Program-made: the position numbers and the translations under genes | DNA from: Hungatella sp. UBA5385 | GTDB taxonomy: Bacteria; Bacillota; Clostridia; Lachnospirales; Lachnospiraceae | Reading direction: 5' to 3' | Assembly: GCA_002409995.1 (NCBI GenBank) | Contig: DHOR01000028.1 | Location: 49,692-113,691, forward strand | Length of the DNA: 64,000 nt | The notes under the pieces: generated by a model | What the model was told of the DNA's origin: nothing | The model's input: only the letters and a program-made list of their open reading frames with translations | Databases searched by the model: none | Shown here: positions 1 to 8,424 of the stretch, in pieces | Layout of the letters: each line of letters begins with the position of its first letter | Position numbering within the stretch: position 1 is the first letter of the stretch

Positions 1-893
1 ACTTACAAAACCTTTTACAGCAGATTGTTACATATACAATCATTGGCTGCGGACTGACCTTCTGTCTTGTCTGCGGAGGAAACGATTTATCAGCAGGTGC
101 TTCTATGGCACTGTCTGGAATTATCATGGTAAGCCTTTTAATTCAGGGTCTTCCATTGTGGTTATGTGTTATCCTCTGCCTTTGTATGGGCGTGGCAACA
201 GGTGTTATGAATGGTTTCTTTATTGAGATTCTGGGCGTTGTTCCTTTCGTAGCAACCCTGGCAACTCAGTGGGTATACAGAGGTATGGCAAACGTTTTGG
301 TAAACGGTGCACCTTTATACACAACAAACATTCCTTCAGAAGCAGTTCAGAAACAGTTTTATATTCTGGGCGGCGGACGTATCGGTGGAAACGGACTTCC
401 TTACAGCGTTATTATCACTCTGGTTTATGCAATTATACTTGGTATTGTTCTGGCAAAGAGCAGAATCGGACGTCAGATATATGCCTGTGGTTCTAACTTG
501 GAGGCAGCAAAATTATCCGGTATTAACGCAGTAAAAACACGTATGTTTGCTTATTGTATCTCAGGTTTATCTGCAGCAATCTGTGGAATTCTGGTAGCTT
601 CCAGACTTTCCAGTGCACAGCCTACAGCAGGTAACGGTTATGAGATGGAGGCCATTGCAGCTTCTGTATTAGGCGGTATTTCAATTCTGGGTGGAGAAGG
701 TACTATTCTCAATACCATTATTGGTGCCCTTATGATGGGTGTTATCCGTAATGGTCTGAATCTGAATGGTGTCAATTCATTCTGGCAGCAGGTAATTGTT
801 GGATTTATCCTGTTGATTGCGGTTGCTTCACAGACTGCAAATAAGGGAGGAAATCTTAACAATATAAAGCGTTTTTTCGGTATGAAAAAATAG
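1..893 (+). CDS. Sugar ABC transporter permease (RbsC/AraH-like), 5'-truncated by window edge
   Basis: The frame of ORF 105..893 is open back to base 3 (LQNLLQQIVTYTIIGCG...). The product is a polytopic hydrophobic protein with a GGISILGGEGT-type C-terminal half typical of ribose/xylose-class permeases. A binding-protein gene follows 25 nt downstream. Confidence 0.8.
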   Translation, partial: LQNLLQQIVTYTIIGCGLTFCLVCGGNDLSAGASMALSGIIMVSLLIQGLPLWLCVILCLCMGVATGVMNGFFIEILGVVPFVATLATQWVYRGMANVLVNGAPLYTTNIPSEAVQKQFYILGGGRIGGNGLPYSVIITLVYAIILGIVLAKSRIGRQIYACGSNLEAAKLSGINAVKTRMFAYCISGLSAAICGILVASRLSSAQPTAGNGYEMEAIAASVLGGISILGGEGTILNTIIGALMMGVIRNGLNLNGVNSFWQQVIVGFILLIAVASQTANKGGNLNNIKRFFGMKK

Positions 894-917
894 CATAAAA
901 ATGGAGGAAAGAGAATC

Positions 918-2012
918 ATGAGAAAAGTAACAGCATTACTTATGGCAGCAGTTTTAGCAGCAGCAGCATTAACTGGATGCGGAAGCTCCGGAAGTTCAGC
1001 AGCACCAGCAACAACAGCAGCTGAGACAACAACCAAGGCAGCAGAGGAAAAAGCAAGCGAAGACACAACGGCAACAGATGCTGGTGATACAGCAAATGCA
1101 GACAACAGCGAAAAAACAATCTATGTAATTGTTAAGGTTTTAGGAAACCAGTACTGGAGTGTTCTTCAGGCAGGTGCAGAGCAGGCTGGTAAGGATTTAG
1201 GAGCTAAGGTAGTAGTTATAGGAACAGCTCTGGAGTCTGATATCGAAGGTCAGCTTACACTTCTTCAGAACGCAGTATCTGCACAGGCAGATGGTATTGT
1301 AATTGCACCACTTGACAGTGTATCCCTTGACGCGCCAATTACTGAGGCTTATAATTCAGGTATCCCGGTTGTACTGGTAGATACAGTAATTAAGAGCGAT
1401 AACTATAGCGCAGCACTTCTTACCAACAACGTAGAGGCTGGTAAGGTAGCAGCTGAGGAACTTCTTGATCGTATGAAAGCATCTGGTCTTGGTGAAGATG
1501 AAGAGGCACAGGTTGCTATTCAGGTAGGTTCCACAGGTTCTCAGACAATCAACGACCGTGTAAAAGGCTTTAATGAGTATTGGTCTGCTAATGCTCCAGC
1601 AACCTGGACAGTATTAAATGACGACATCAAAGTTAACGACGGTGATATCAGCAAGGCTGTTGGATTCTGCCAGGACTTCCTGACAACATATCCAAACTTA
1701 AAGGCTGTATTCGGACCAAACAATGGTTCCACAGTTGGTTTCGTTACAGGTATTACAGAGTCTAAGAGAACAGACGTTTCTATGGTAGGTTTTGACTTCT
1801 CTGCAGAGATCGAGACTATGATCCGCAGCGGAGAGTATGATGTTGCATCTGTTGTACAGCGTCAGTACTTCATGGGGTATGATGGAGTTAAGGCAGCTAT
1901 CGATATGGCTAATGGCGAGACCGTTTCTGAGAAGACAATCGATACAGGTGTAGTTCTGGTTGATAATGAGAATGTAGATTCTCAGGAAATCCAGGGTATC
2001 ATTAATCCATAA
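918..2012 (+). CDS. Sugar ABC transporter substrate-binding lipoprotein (RbsB-like, periplasmic binding protein type I)
   Basis: The RBS is ggaggaaagagaatcATG. The signal peptide has lipobox LTGC and is followed by an Ala/Thr/Ser-rich linker. The body is PBP-type (IYVIVKVLGNQYW, GIVIAP, VVLVDT). Confidence 0.85.
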   Translation: MRKVTALLMAAVLAAAALTGCGSSGSSAAPATTAAETTTKAAEEKASEDTTATDAGDTANADNSEKTIYVIVKVLGNQYWSVLQAGAEQAGKDLGAKVVVIGTALESDIEGQLTLLQNAVSAQADGIVIAPLDSVSLDAPITEAYNSGIPVVLVDTVIKSDNYSAALLTNNVEAGKVAAEELLDRMKASGLGEDEEAQVAIQVGSTGSQTINDRVKGFNEYWSANAPATWTVLNDDIKVNDGDISKAVGFCQDFLTTYPNLKAVFGPNNGSTVGFVTGITESKRTDVSMVGFDFSAEIETMIRSGEYDVASVVQRQYFMGYDGVKAAIDMANGETVSEKTIDTGVVLVDNENVDSQEIQGIINP

Positions 2013-2056
2013 TAAAATTATAAGAAAATTATGAGATAAATCATAAGAAATGGCTT

Positions 2057-2085
2057 AATACGCTTCCCTGTCAGGGAGGCGTATT
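2057..2085 (+). terminator. Hairpin after binding-protein gene (weak terminator candidate)
   Basis: AATACGCTTCCCTG / CAGGGAGGCGTATT form an inverted repeat with one G-U position. No clear T-run follows. Confidence 0.35.
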
Positions 2086-2117
2086 GGCGATTTCAAAAAA
2101 GACAGGGGGCTGGCTGT

Positions 2118-3143
2118 ATGATTGGAAGGAAAGTGCTCATATTGACTGCAGGACTATTGGCATTAGGGTTATTCGGATTATCAGGCTGCAAATATAATCA
2201 GGAAAAAGCAATGGAAGAGCGTGTACCTGAGTATGTTTTTACCTATGCAGAGAATCAGCCGGAAGGTTATCCTACTACATTGGCTGCCTACAAATTTGCT
2301 GATCTGGTGTATGAACGGACAGATGGAAGAATCAAGATAAAAGTTCATTCAGGCGGGGTACTTGCTGATGAAGTGGCGGTCATTGAACAGCTGCAATTTG
2401 GTGGGATTGATTTTGCCAGGGCCTCCATTATGACTATGGGGCAGTTTGATCCTAAAATGAATGTTTTACAGCTTCCCTATCTTTATAATGATTCTGATCA
2501 TATGTGGAAGGCTCTTGATGGAGAAATCGGTAATGAGTTTATGAAAAGCCTGGAAGACTATGGCCTCAATGCCCTATCCTGGTATGACGCAGGAGCCAGA
2601 CATTTTTATACAACAGAAAAGGTAAGCTGCCTGGAGGATCTAAAAGGCAAGAAAATCAGAGTAGCAGAGTCTGATTTGATGAAGTCTCTTGTATCATCAT
2701 TAGGAGGAGTTCCTGTTACTATGGCTTATTCTGATGTGTTCTCGGCGCTGGAAACAGGAGAGATCGACGGTGCAGAAAACAACTGGTCCTCATTCACTTT
2801 CACAGATCATCATAAAGTAGCCAGATATATGCTATTAGACTATCATAACCGTATTCCTGAACTGCAGCTGGCTTCTTCAGTCACCTGGAACAAATTATCG
2901 GAATCTGACCGGATCATTATAAGATCCTGTGCTACAGAATCGGCTAAATATGAGAGAGAACTGTGGAAAAATCAGGAAGAACTGTCCAGAAAGAAAGCTG
3001 AAAGGGCGGGAGTTGTAACAACAGAACTGACGGAAGAGGAAACGGCTCGTTTCCGGGAAGCAGTAATGCCTCTTTATGCGGAGTTTGGGAGTCAGTATCA
3101 GGATTTGATTAGGAGAATTCGGGAAGTTGATCAGGTAGAATAG
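2118..3143 (+). CDS. TRAP transporter substrate-binding protein, DctP family (lipoprotein-anchored), without adjacent DctQ/DctM
   Basis: The signal peptide has lipobox LSGC. DctP-like motifs are present: LQLPYLY, DLKGKKIRV, VFSALETGEIDGAENN. Confidence 0.8.
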   Translation: MIGRKVLILTAGLLALGLFGLSGCKYNQEKAMEERVPEYVFTYAENQPEGYPTTLAAYKFADLVYERTDGRIKIKVHSGGVLADEVAVIEQLQFGGIDFARASIMTMGQFDPKMNVLQLPYLYNDSDHMWKALDGEIGNEFMKSLEDYGLNALSWYDAGARHFYTTEKVSCLEDLKGKKIRVAESDLMKSLVSSLGGVPVTMAYSDVFSALETGEIDGAENNWSSFTFTDHHKVARYMLLDYHNRIPELQLASSVTWNKLSESDRIIIRSCATESAKYERELWKNQEELSRKKAERAGVVTTELTEEETARFREAVMPLYAEFGSQYQDLIRRIREVDQVE

Positions 3144-3230
3144 AACGTTTCCTTAGAGATCAATTATATAAAAAAATACATGAAATCCGCTTGACAAAAG
3201 TTGGAATCTATATTAAACTTAAGAACGTTG

Positions 3231-3304
3231 TTGGGCTATCGCCAAATGGTAAGGCAACGGACTCTGACTCCGTCATTTCAAGGTTCGAATCCTTGTAGCC
3301 CAGG
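3231..3304 (+). tRNA. tRNA-Gln (anticodon CTG)
   Basis: The cloverleaf is readable by eye. The acceptor is TTGGGCT/AGCCCAG, and the anticodon stem is ACGGA/TCCGT with loop CT-CTG-AC. The T-arm is CAAGG-TTCGAAT-CCTTG. CCA is not encoded. Confidence 0.9.
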
Positions 3305-3308
3305 CTGA

Positions 3309-3355
3309 AAAAGTTCTAAATTCTTTGTAATAGCAAAGAGTTTAGAACTTTTTTA
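3309..3355 (+). terminator. Rho-independent terminator after tRNA-Gln
   Basis: AAAAGTTCTAAATTCTTTG / CAAAGAGTTTAGAACTTTT form a 19-bp stem with one mismatch, running into a T-tract. Confidence 0.8.
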
Positions 3356-3459
3356 TAGACAAATATAATTAACGCCCTTTTCAGGGCGTTTACTGAATAT
3401 AATCAGTATATTCAAGTACCATTTTGGAAAGTATAGTATATGGTATACGAGGTGGGAAA

Positions 3460-3657
3460 ATGATAAGTTACAAACCGCTGTGGGAGACTATGCAGAAAAA
3501 GGGAATCACTACATACCAATTGATTCAGCAAGGTATTGATAGAAAGATCATTCATAATTTAAAACATAATGGTAATATTACAATGTTAACTGCTGAAAAG
3601 TTATGTAAAATTATTGGTTGTAGTATATCTGAAGTAGTTGAATTTATAGACGATTAG
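3460..3657 (+). CDS. Small XRE/Cro-type helix-turn-helix protein
   Basis: The RBS GGTGGG lies 5-6 nt before ATG 3460, which is internal to listed ORF 3424..3657. The 65-aa product carries the HTH signature ITTYQLIQQGIDRKIIHNLKHNGNITMLTAEKLCKIIGC. A hairpin plus T-run follows at about 3665..3686. Confidence 0.7.
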   Translation: MISYKPLWETMQKKGITTYQLIQQGIDRKIIHNLKHNGNITMLTAEKLCKIIGCSISEVVEFIDD

Positions 3658-3796
3658 CATAGGGAGCCAGTGATGGTTCCTTTTTTGGCTAAAAGAGATG
3701 GCTTTTTTATTGTAATACAATGCGAAGTCAGGACCGCCCGTGATAATGGGTGATCCTGACTCTTTCAATATCTATATAAATGGGGCGGAACATAAC

Positions 3797-4963
3797 TTAT
3801 AATTCTAACAACATTTCAGGCTGCGGAACTCCATCCACAATAACCTCCTCATAAATCTCGAATCCCTTCTTTTCAAGATGCAAAAAGAAATCTTTGGTAT
3901 CCAAGACTCCCTCAGGGGGGAACAGACCCTTTTGTGTCAGTTTCCCTCTGGCGATGACCTGTGCACCATAGGACGCGGAAAGGGCTGTGGCGGGGTTCAT
4001 ATCGGTAAAACAGGTGTAAACATATGTAACATCTTTGTTATCCTTCTTACCGCTGACCGATACATGAACCTGGAATAAGGGATCTTCCACATCTTTGGTT
4101 GGTGCTTCTACTGTTCCCAGCTTTTCAATGATCAATGCTGCCGTAATATCCCGGCGTACGACTTCCACATCCCCTACTCTAAGGATATCGTTACTGGCGA
4201 GTCCCAGTTTTTCATATACTTTATAGTTGGTGATATCATGATCGATGGGCCACACATTGCCCCGATTGGTAATGGTGTTTGCCTTAATATAGCGGGGCAT
4301 GGTCACAGGTTCGCCATGGCCTACATAATGGACAGGATATTCCCCTAGTGGCTTTCGGAACTTAATATTAGCGCTGCCTGTAGCTGCTGTTACATCTGTC
4401 ATTTTTCCGTTCAAAAACTGTGGGATGATTCCGGTGCTCATTTCCAGGCCGTGCCAGATGCATGCCAATCCAATATCACCCAAGGCGCTTTCCACCCAGG
4501 AAGTATGAATCTCATCCACCTCATCCAGTTTCTGAGAGCCCAAAAGTCCCAGCATATTAGTAGTACCGGGGCTGACTCCCTGAGAAATCAGCGCAGTAAT
4601 TCCAGCTTCTTTACACCGGTCTTCATACTCGAGAAGCTGAATAATAGCGGAGGAATCATCGGCAATATCTACATAATTCAATTTCTTTTTCAAACAGGCT
4701 TCTAAAATGTACCGTGCTGTTTTGTAAAAAGGCCCTACTGCATTAACAACCACATCAAAACCATCAATCGTATTACACAACCCTTCTTCATCATAGATAT
4801 CCACTTTTACTGCCTTAGCCAGCGGTCCAATCTCAGCCGCCAGTTTTTCGGCTGCTGCGAAGTTGATGTCTCCTACACAAACCTGGGTTGTCCCTTCGGA
4901 GATTGCCAAATCTTTTGCAATAATAGAGCCCACTTCTCCGGTTCCAATAACTACGTATTTCAT
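3797..4963 (-). CDS. Saccharopine dehydrogenase family NAD(P)-binding protein
   Basis: The start was chosen at MKYVVIGTGEVGS (Rossmann GxGxxG), preceded by AAGGAGA. The motifs DVVVNAVGPF and YVDIADD are typical of the Sacchrp_dh family. Confidence 0.75.
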   Translation of the reverse strand: MKYVVIGTGEVGSIIAKDLAISEGTTQVCVGDINFAAAEKLAAEIGPLAKAVKVDIYDEEGLCNTIDGFDVVVNAVGPFYKTARYILEACLKKKLNYVDIADDSSAIIQLLEYEDRCKEAGITALISQGVSPGTTNMLGLLGSQKLDEVDEIHTSWVESALGDIGLACIWHGLEMSTGIIPQFLNGKMTDVTAATGSANIKFRKPLGEYPVHYVGHGEPVTMPRYIKANTITNRGNVWPIDHDITNYKVYEKLGLASNDILRVGDVEVVRRDITAALIIEKLGTVEAPTKDVEDPLFQVHVSVSGKKDNKDVTYVYTCFTDMNPATALSASYGAQVIARGKLTQKGLFPPEGVLDTKDFFLHLEKKGFEIYEEVIVDGVPQPEMLLEL

Positions 4964-5195
4964 TTTTTTCTCCTTTCTTAAAGTTTTTATATTAATAATC
5001 CGGTTACATAACCACATTTACTCAGCGAGTGCCGTGTATAACATTTACTATTTTCCAATATAGGTATAATCTGCACAAAGCGATTACTTTATAATATGAG
5101 TATAACAAATGTGTTGGTGAGAATCAAATCGGATTTATTGATTTTAGTATGCCATTCATGTATTATGTAATCAGAATGCGAAAGGAGATATTTAC

Positions 5196-5255
5196 ATGAA
5201 TCCTGTAATTATTTATTATTCAAATAGTGGCGTGACAGAGGGGAAAATGTTATGA
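5196..5255 (+). CDS. 19-codon upstream ORF (MNPVIIYYSNSGVTEGKML) overlapping the regulator start as ATGA
   Basis: A strong RBS (AAAGGAGA, 5181..5188) lies 7 nt before ATG 5196. The stop TGA 5253..5255 overlaps ATG 5252. This ORF is not in the ORF track because it is under 60 aa, and its coding status is unproven. Confidence 0.25.
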   Translation: MNPVIIYYSNSGVTEGKML

Positions 5256-6991
5256 CATTAAATTTGAAAAATATTCAAGATATTGTAATCGTATACACCG
5301 ACATATTAGCACAGATTGTAAAAATGGATGTAGCAATTGTAGACGCTGATCTAAATCGGATTTCCATATCTAGAAAGAGCAGATCGAAAGAAATAGACAC
5401 AAATGTAGCTGATGAAGGGCATATATTAAAAAAAGCCATAGAAAGCGGTCAGACTCAGATTGTAACAGAACCTGGTGAAGATTTTGTGTGTGCTGATTGC
5501 GCCAGCCGGGAAAACTGTATTGAACTGTTTCATATGTGCACGCCTATAATGGTGAAGGGAAAAGCCATCGGGGCAATTGCTTTTGTGTGCTTTGATCAGG
5601 TGAGCCGCAAGAGAGCACTTCGTAATCAGAGTGCATATAGACAGTTTATTCAGCAATTTGCTGACTTAATTGCAGCCAAAGCACTTGAGACAGCTGAAAC
5701 ATTAAAAAGTGAATCCATGCTTAACTTGTTAGAAACGATTATTGACCAAATCAATACTGGAGTAATTGTATTTGGTTTGAACAATGATATTGTAAGAATC
5801 AATCCGGTGGCAAAAAGAGTATTACGTATGAAAGAAAATGAGAATATTACTGTTGCTGATTTGAGGGAAACTGGTATTTCTGTTCTTGATAGTAAGCAGT
5901 ATTTATTAAATCTCAATGGTAAAGCTTATAATTTGATTGGAAAAAGTTTTGAATTAAAGCTTGATTTTTACTCCAGATTCTTTTTGTTCCAGGAAGCTGA
6001 ACGTACTGCAGTGGATATTGATAATACACAAATTGGGGAGATTTCTGCATCAGGTGTTAATCGCATACTAGGAAAAACTATGCAGATGGCAGATGTTCGA
6101 AACAGCCTGCTGAAGTTCGCCAATTCACCATCACCAGTATTAATTACAGGGGAAGGCGGCACTGAAACATATGACTTGGCACTTGCGCTCCATGAAGAAA
6201 GTCAACGAAAGGGACAACCTTTCTTTGCATTGCAATGTACCGCATTATCAACAGAGCAGCTGTCCCAGGAATTATTTGGAATTGCTCCTCCTGATAAGAT
6301 TGGCAGTAAAGGAAAAATTGGAAAAATAGAGACTGCAAATAAAGGAACAGTATTTATTGAAGAAATAGGTGATATGGATTTAAGCCTGCAGACACAATTG
6401 CTGGCAACCTTGGAAACATATAGAGTAATTAGAAATGGGGGAACCAAAAGCTACAAGGTTGGTACGCGGATTATAGCCTCCACCAGTAAAGATTTATATG
6501 TGCTATTACAAGAGGGGAGATTTCTTGAAAAGCTTTATTATAAGTTAAATGTATTGCCAATTGATTTGCCACCTTTACGTGAGCGGAGTAATGACATTAT
6601 TTTGTTATCTCAAAAATATGTTCAAAAATATGAAAGAGTATTGGGCAAGTTTGTACATTCCATAGAAAGTGACTTTTGGAAGTCATTAATGCGTTATTCA
6701 TGGCCGGGGAATGTGTGGGAATTAGAAAACACCATAGAGTATGTAATTAACTTAATGGGGGTTAATGGCATTATTGACTCGGATTTGCTGCCTGCGAAAA
6801 TAAAACAGATTGCTAAGAATGAAGTTGAAATAGAAGAGTGGAGTATAAAGAACATGGAAAAGTACATGATTCAACAAGCTCTGGAGCAATTTGGTGACTC
6901 CATGGAAGCCAAAGGTCTGATTGCCCAAAAGTTAGATATTAGTATAGCTACTTTGTATCGAAAAATGAAGAAATACGGTTTTATGTCATAG
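5252..6991 (+). CDS. Sigma-54-activator-like (EBP/TyrR-like) transcriptional regulator with PAS domain, degenerate AAA+ domain and C-terminal Fis-type HTH
   Basis: The protein shows EBP architecture and motifs: ELFG, LPPLRER, WPGNV.EL and a C-terminal IATLYRKMKKYG. The Walker A reads GEGGTETY and GAFTGA is absent. Confidence 0.8.
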   Translation: MTLNLKNIQDIVIVYTDILAQIVKMDVAIVDADLNRISISRKSRSKEIDTNVADEGHILKKAIESGQTQIVTEPGEDFVCADCASRENCIELFHMCTPIMVKGKAIGAIAFVCFDQVSRKRALRNQSAYRQFIQQFADLIAAKALETAETLKSESMLNLLETIIDQINTGVIVFGLNNDIVRINPVAKRVLRMKENENITVADLRETGISVLDSKQYLLNLNGKAYNLIGKSFELKLDFYSRFFLFQEAERTAVDIDNTQIGEISASGVNRILGKTMQMADVRNSLLKFANSPSPVLITGEGGTETYDLALALHEESQRKGQPFFALQCTALSTEQLSQELFGIAPPDKIGSKGKIGKIETANKGTVFIEEIGDMDLSLQTQLLATLETYRVIRNGGTKSYKVGTRIIASTSKDLYVLLQEGRFLEKLYYKLNVLPIDLPPLRERSNDIILLSQKYVQKYERVLGKFVHSIESDFWKSLMRYSWPGNVWELENTIEYVINLMGVNGIIDSDLLPAKIKQIAKNEVEIEEWSIKNMEKYMIQQALEQFGDSMEAKGLIAQKLDISIATLYRKMKKYGFMS

Positions 6992-7062
6992 TATTCTTGC
7001 TTTTAAGCATCATATTGGTTAAAGGAATGTAGAATTTATTAGTTAAATCTTGTGTAATATGA

Positions 7063-7110
7063 ACAAATGCATTGCTGTCTTTGAAACAGAATGCATTTGT
7101 TTTTTATTTT
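7063..7110 (+). terminator. Rho-independent terminator after regulator gene
   Basis: ACAAATGCATTGCTGT / ACAGAATGCATTTGT form a stem followed by TTTTTTATTTT. Confidence 0.8.
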
Positions 7111-7235
7111 GAGTTATCAATATGAGAATTCATTATCAAAATGACAATAGATATTAGGCAAGATATTCACACATATCTTAAAAACATCCGTCAATTTGAG
7201 AATACAAGACAATCTTGAGAGCCTAATTTCGATTT

Positions 7236-7264
7236 TTGACATACCCTTTTCACCATCCTATAAT
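7236..7264 (+). promoter_or_regulatory. Consensus sigma-70 promoter (TTGACA-17-TATAAT)
   Basis: TTGACA lies at 7236..7241 and TATAAT at 7259..7264, with an exact 17-nt spacer. The promoter is 64 nt upstream of ATG 7328. Confidence 0.7.
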
Positions 7265-7327
7265 CTAGCCATCGTTAACGGTAAACGTTTTGAAACTACT
7301 AAGGCAGGTGAAGGAGGTAAAAGTTAA

Positions 7328-8384
7328 ATGCAGATTATTAATACTTTGAATGGGTTTTTTTGGGGCTGGCTGGTGGCTGGAATATTACTCAGTGCTGGCA
7401 ACATTATTTTCACTGTGTATGATTGTTGCAGTTGGCGTCTTTATTGCAATGATCCAGAGTAATTCCATTTCTGCTGCGCTGACTGGTGTTGTAGATTTTC
7501 CTCCAATTGCAGCTGGTTTAATTGTTTTAATTTTAACAGCATTAGTTATTGTGGGAGGAATAAAAAGATTATCCGATGTGTCATCTTATGTGGTTCCGTT
7601 TATGGCTCTTGGATACATTGTCATATCACTGATCATTGTTGTTATGAATATCAGTAGATTCCCTGCTATCTTTTCCTTGATTTTTCGATCTGCATTTTCA
7701 ATGAAAGCTGTTGGCGGCGGTGTTGTGGGATATACAATGAAAGAAGCTTTTCGTTATGGTGTAGCCAGAGGTTTGTTTTCTAATGATGCCGGTAATGGAG
7801 CAGCAGCCGGAATGCATGCAACTGCCAATGTGAAACACCCGGTTACTCAGGGATTTGCCGCAATGCTGGGAACATTTTTTACTACAATCATTATCTGCAG
7901 CTGTACAGCAATGTGTATCATGTTTACAGGTGCATTGGAGTCTGGTGAAACAGGAATTGTTCTGACACAGGTGGCTTTTGGAAATGCATTAGGATCAGCG
8001 GGTAAATGGGTTGTTTTTGCGGCTATGGCATTATTTGGATTTACTACATTATTAGCAGATGTGTATTATGGTGAAACTAATATATTATTTATATTTAAGG
8101 GAAATACAAAGATTGTATGGATCTATCGAATTCTTCTTGGAATTCTGCTTGTAGTGGCAGCAGTTACACCGGTAGATACACTTTGGTCCTTGATCGATTT
8201 CATGGCAGCTTTTCTGGTATTCTTTAATGTTATTGGAATTTTAGGGCTGAACAAATATGTTGTATATGCAATCAAAGATTATTTTGCCCAGAAGAAAAAG
8301 GATAAAAATGCAGAACCTGTCTGGCAATGGGAAGTTGATGTTATGGATATGGATTTAAGCAATCCAGGTGAAAAACAGAAATAA
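7328..8384 (+). pseudogene. Alanine/glycine:cation symporter (AGCS) family gene, apparently internally deleted and frameshifted (longest ORF 7350..8384)
   Basis: RBS AAGGAGG (7311..7317) serves ATG 7328. That frame reads MQIINTLNGFFWGWLVAGILLSAGNIIFTV, a typical AGCS N-terminus, but stops at 7460..7462. ORF 7350..8384 is in the +1 frame and has no RBS. It becomes AGCS-like only from about residue 24 (MIVAVGVFIAMIQSNS..GGIKR..FSNDAGNGAAA). About 120-130 residues that normally lie between are missing. Confidence 0.55.
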
Positions 8385-8424
8385 TAGAGTTAAAAATAAT
8401 AACAAAAATATGGAGGGATTAGAT

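Noticed and set aside
638-1105. 155-aa minus-strand Ala/Val/Pro-rich ORF (and the similar ORF at 17048..17446)
   Set aside because: Both run antisense to the junctions of well-supported genes and read through Ala/Thr-rich linker DNA, so I treat them as compositional artefacts.
3231-3796. tRNA-Gln followed by a small XRE gene as a possible integration hotspot or genomic-island edge
   Set aside because: No integrase, recombinase, direct repeat of the tRNA 3' end, or phage or mobile genes follow. The next genes are ordinary metabolic genes.
6992-7349. Expected sigma-54 (-24 GG / -12 GC) promoter downstream of the EBP-like regulator
   Set aside because: Reading both the spacer and the flanks, I found no TGGCA-N6-TTGCA-like element. 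A consensus sigma-70 promoter is present instead, which is consistent with the degenerate GAFTGA and ATPase motifs.
8368-8424. Asn/Lys-rich N-terminal extension (MKNRNNRVKNNNKN...) of the amidohydrolase ORF
   Set aside because: It overlaps the end of the symporter ORF. The GGAGGG RBS sits inside it, 7 nt before ATG 8425, so the extension is most likely untranslated.
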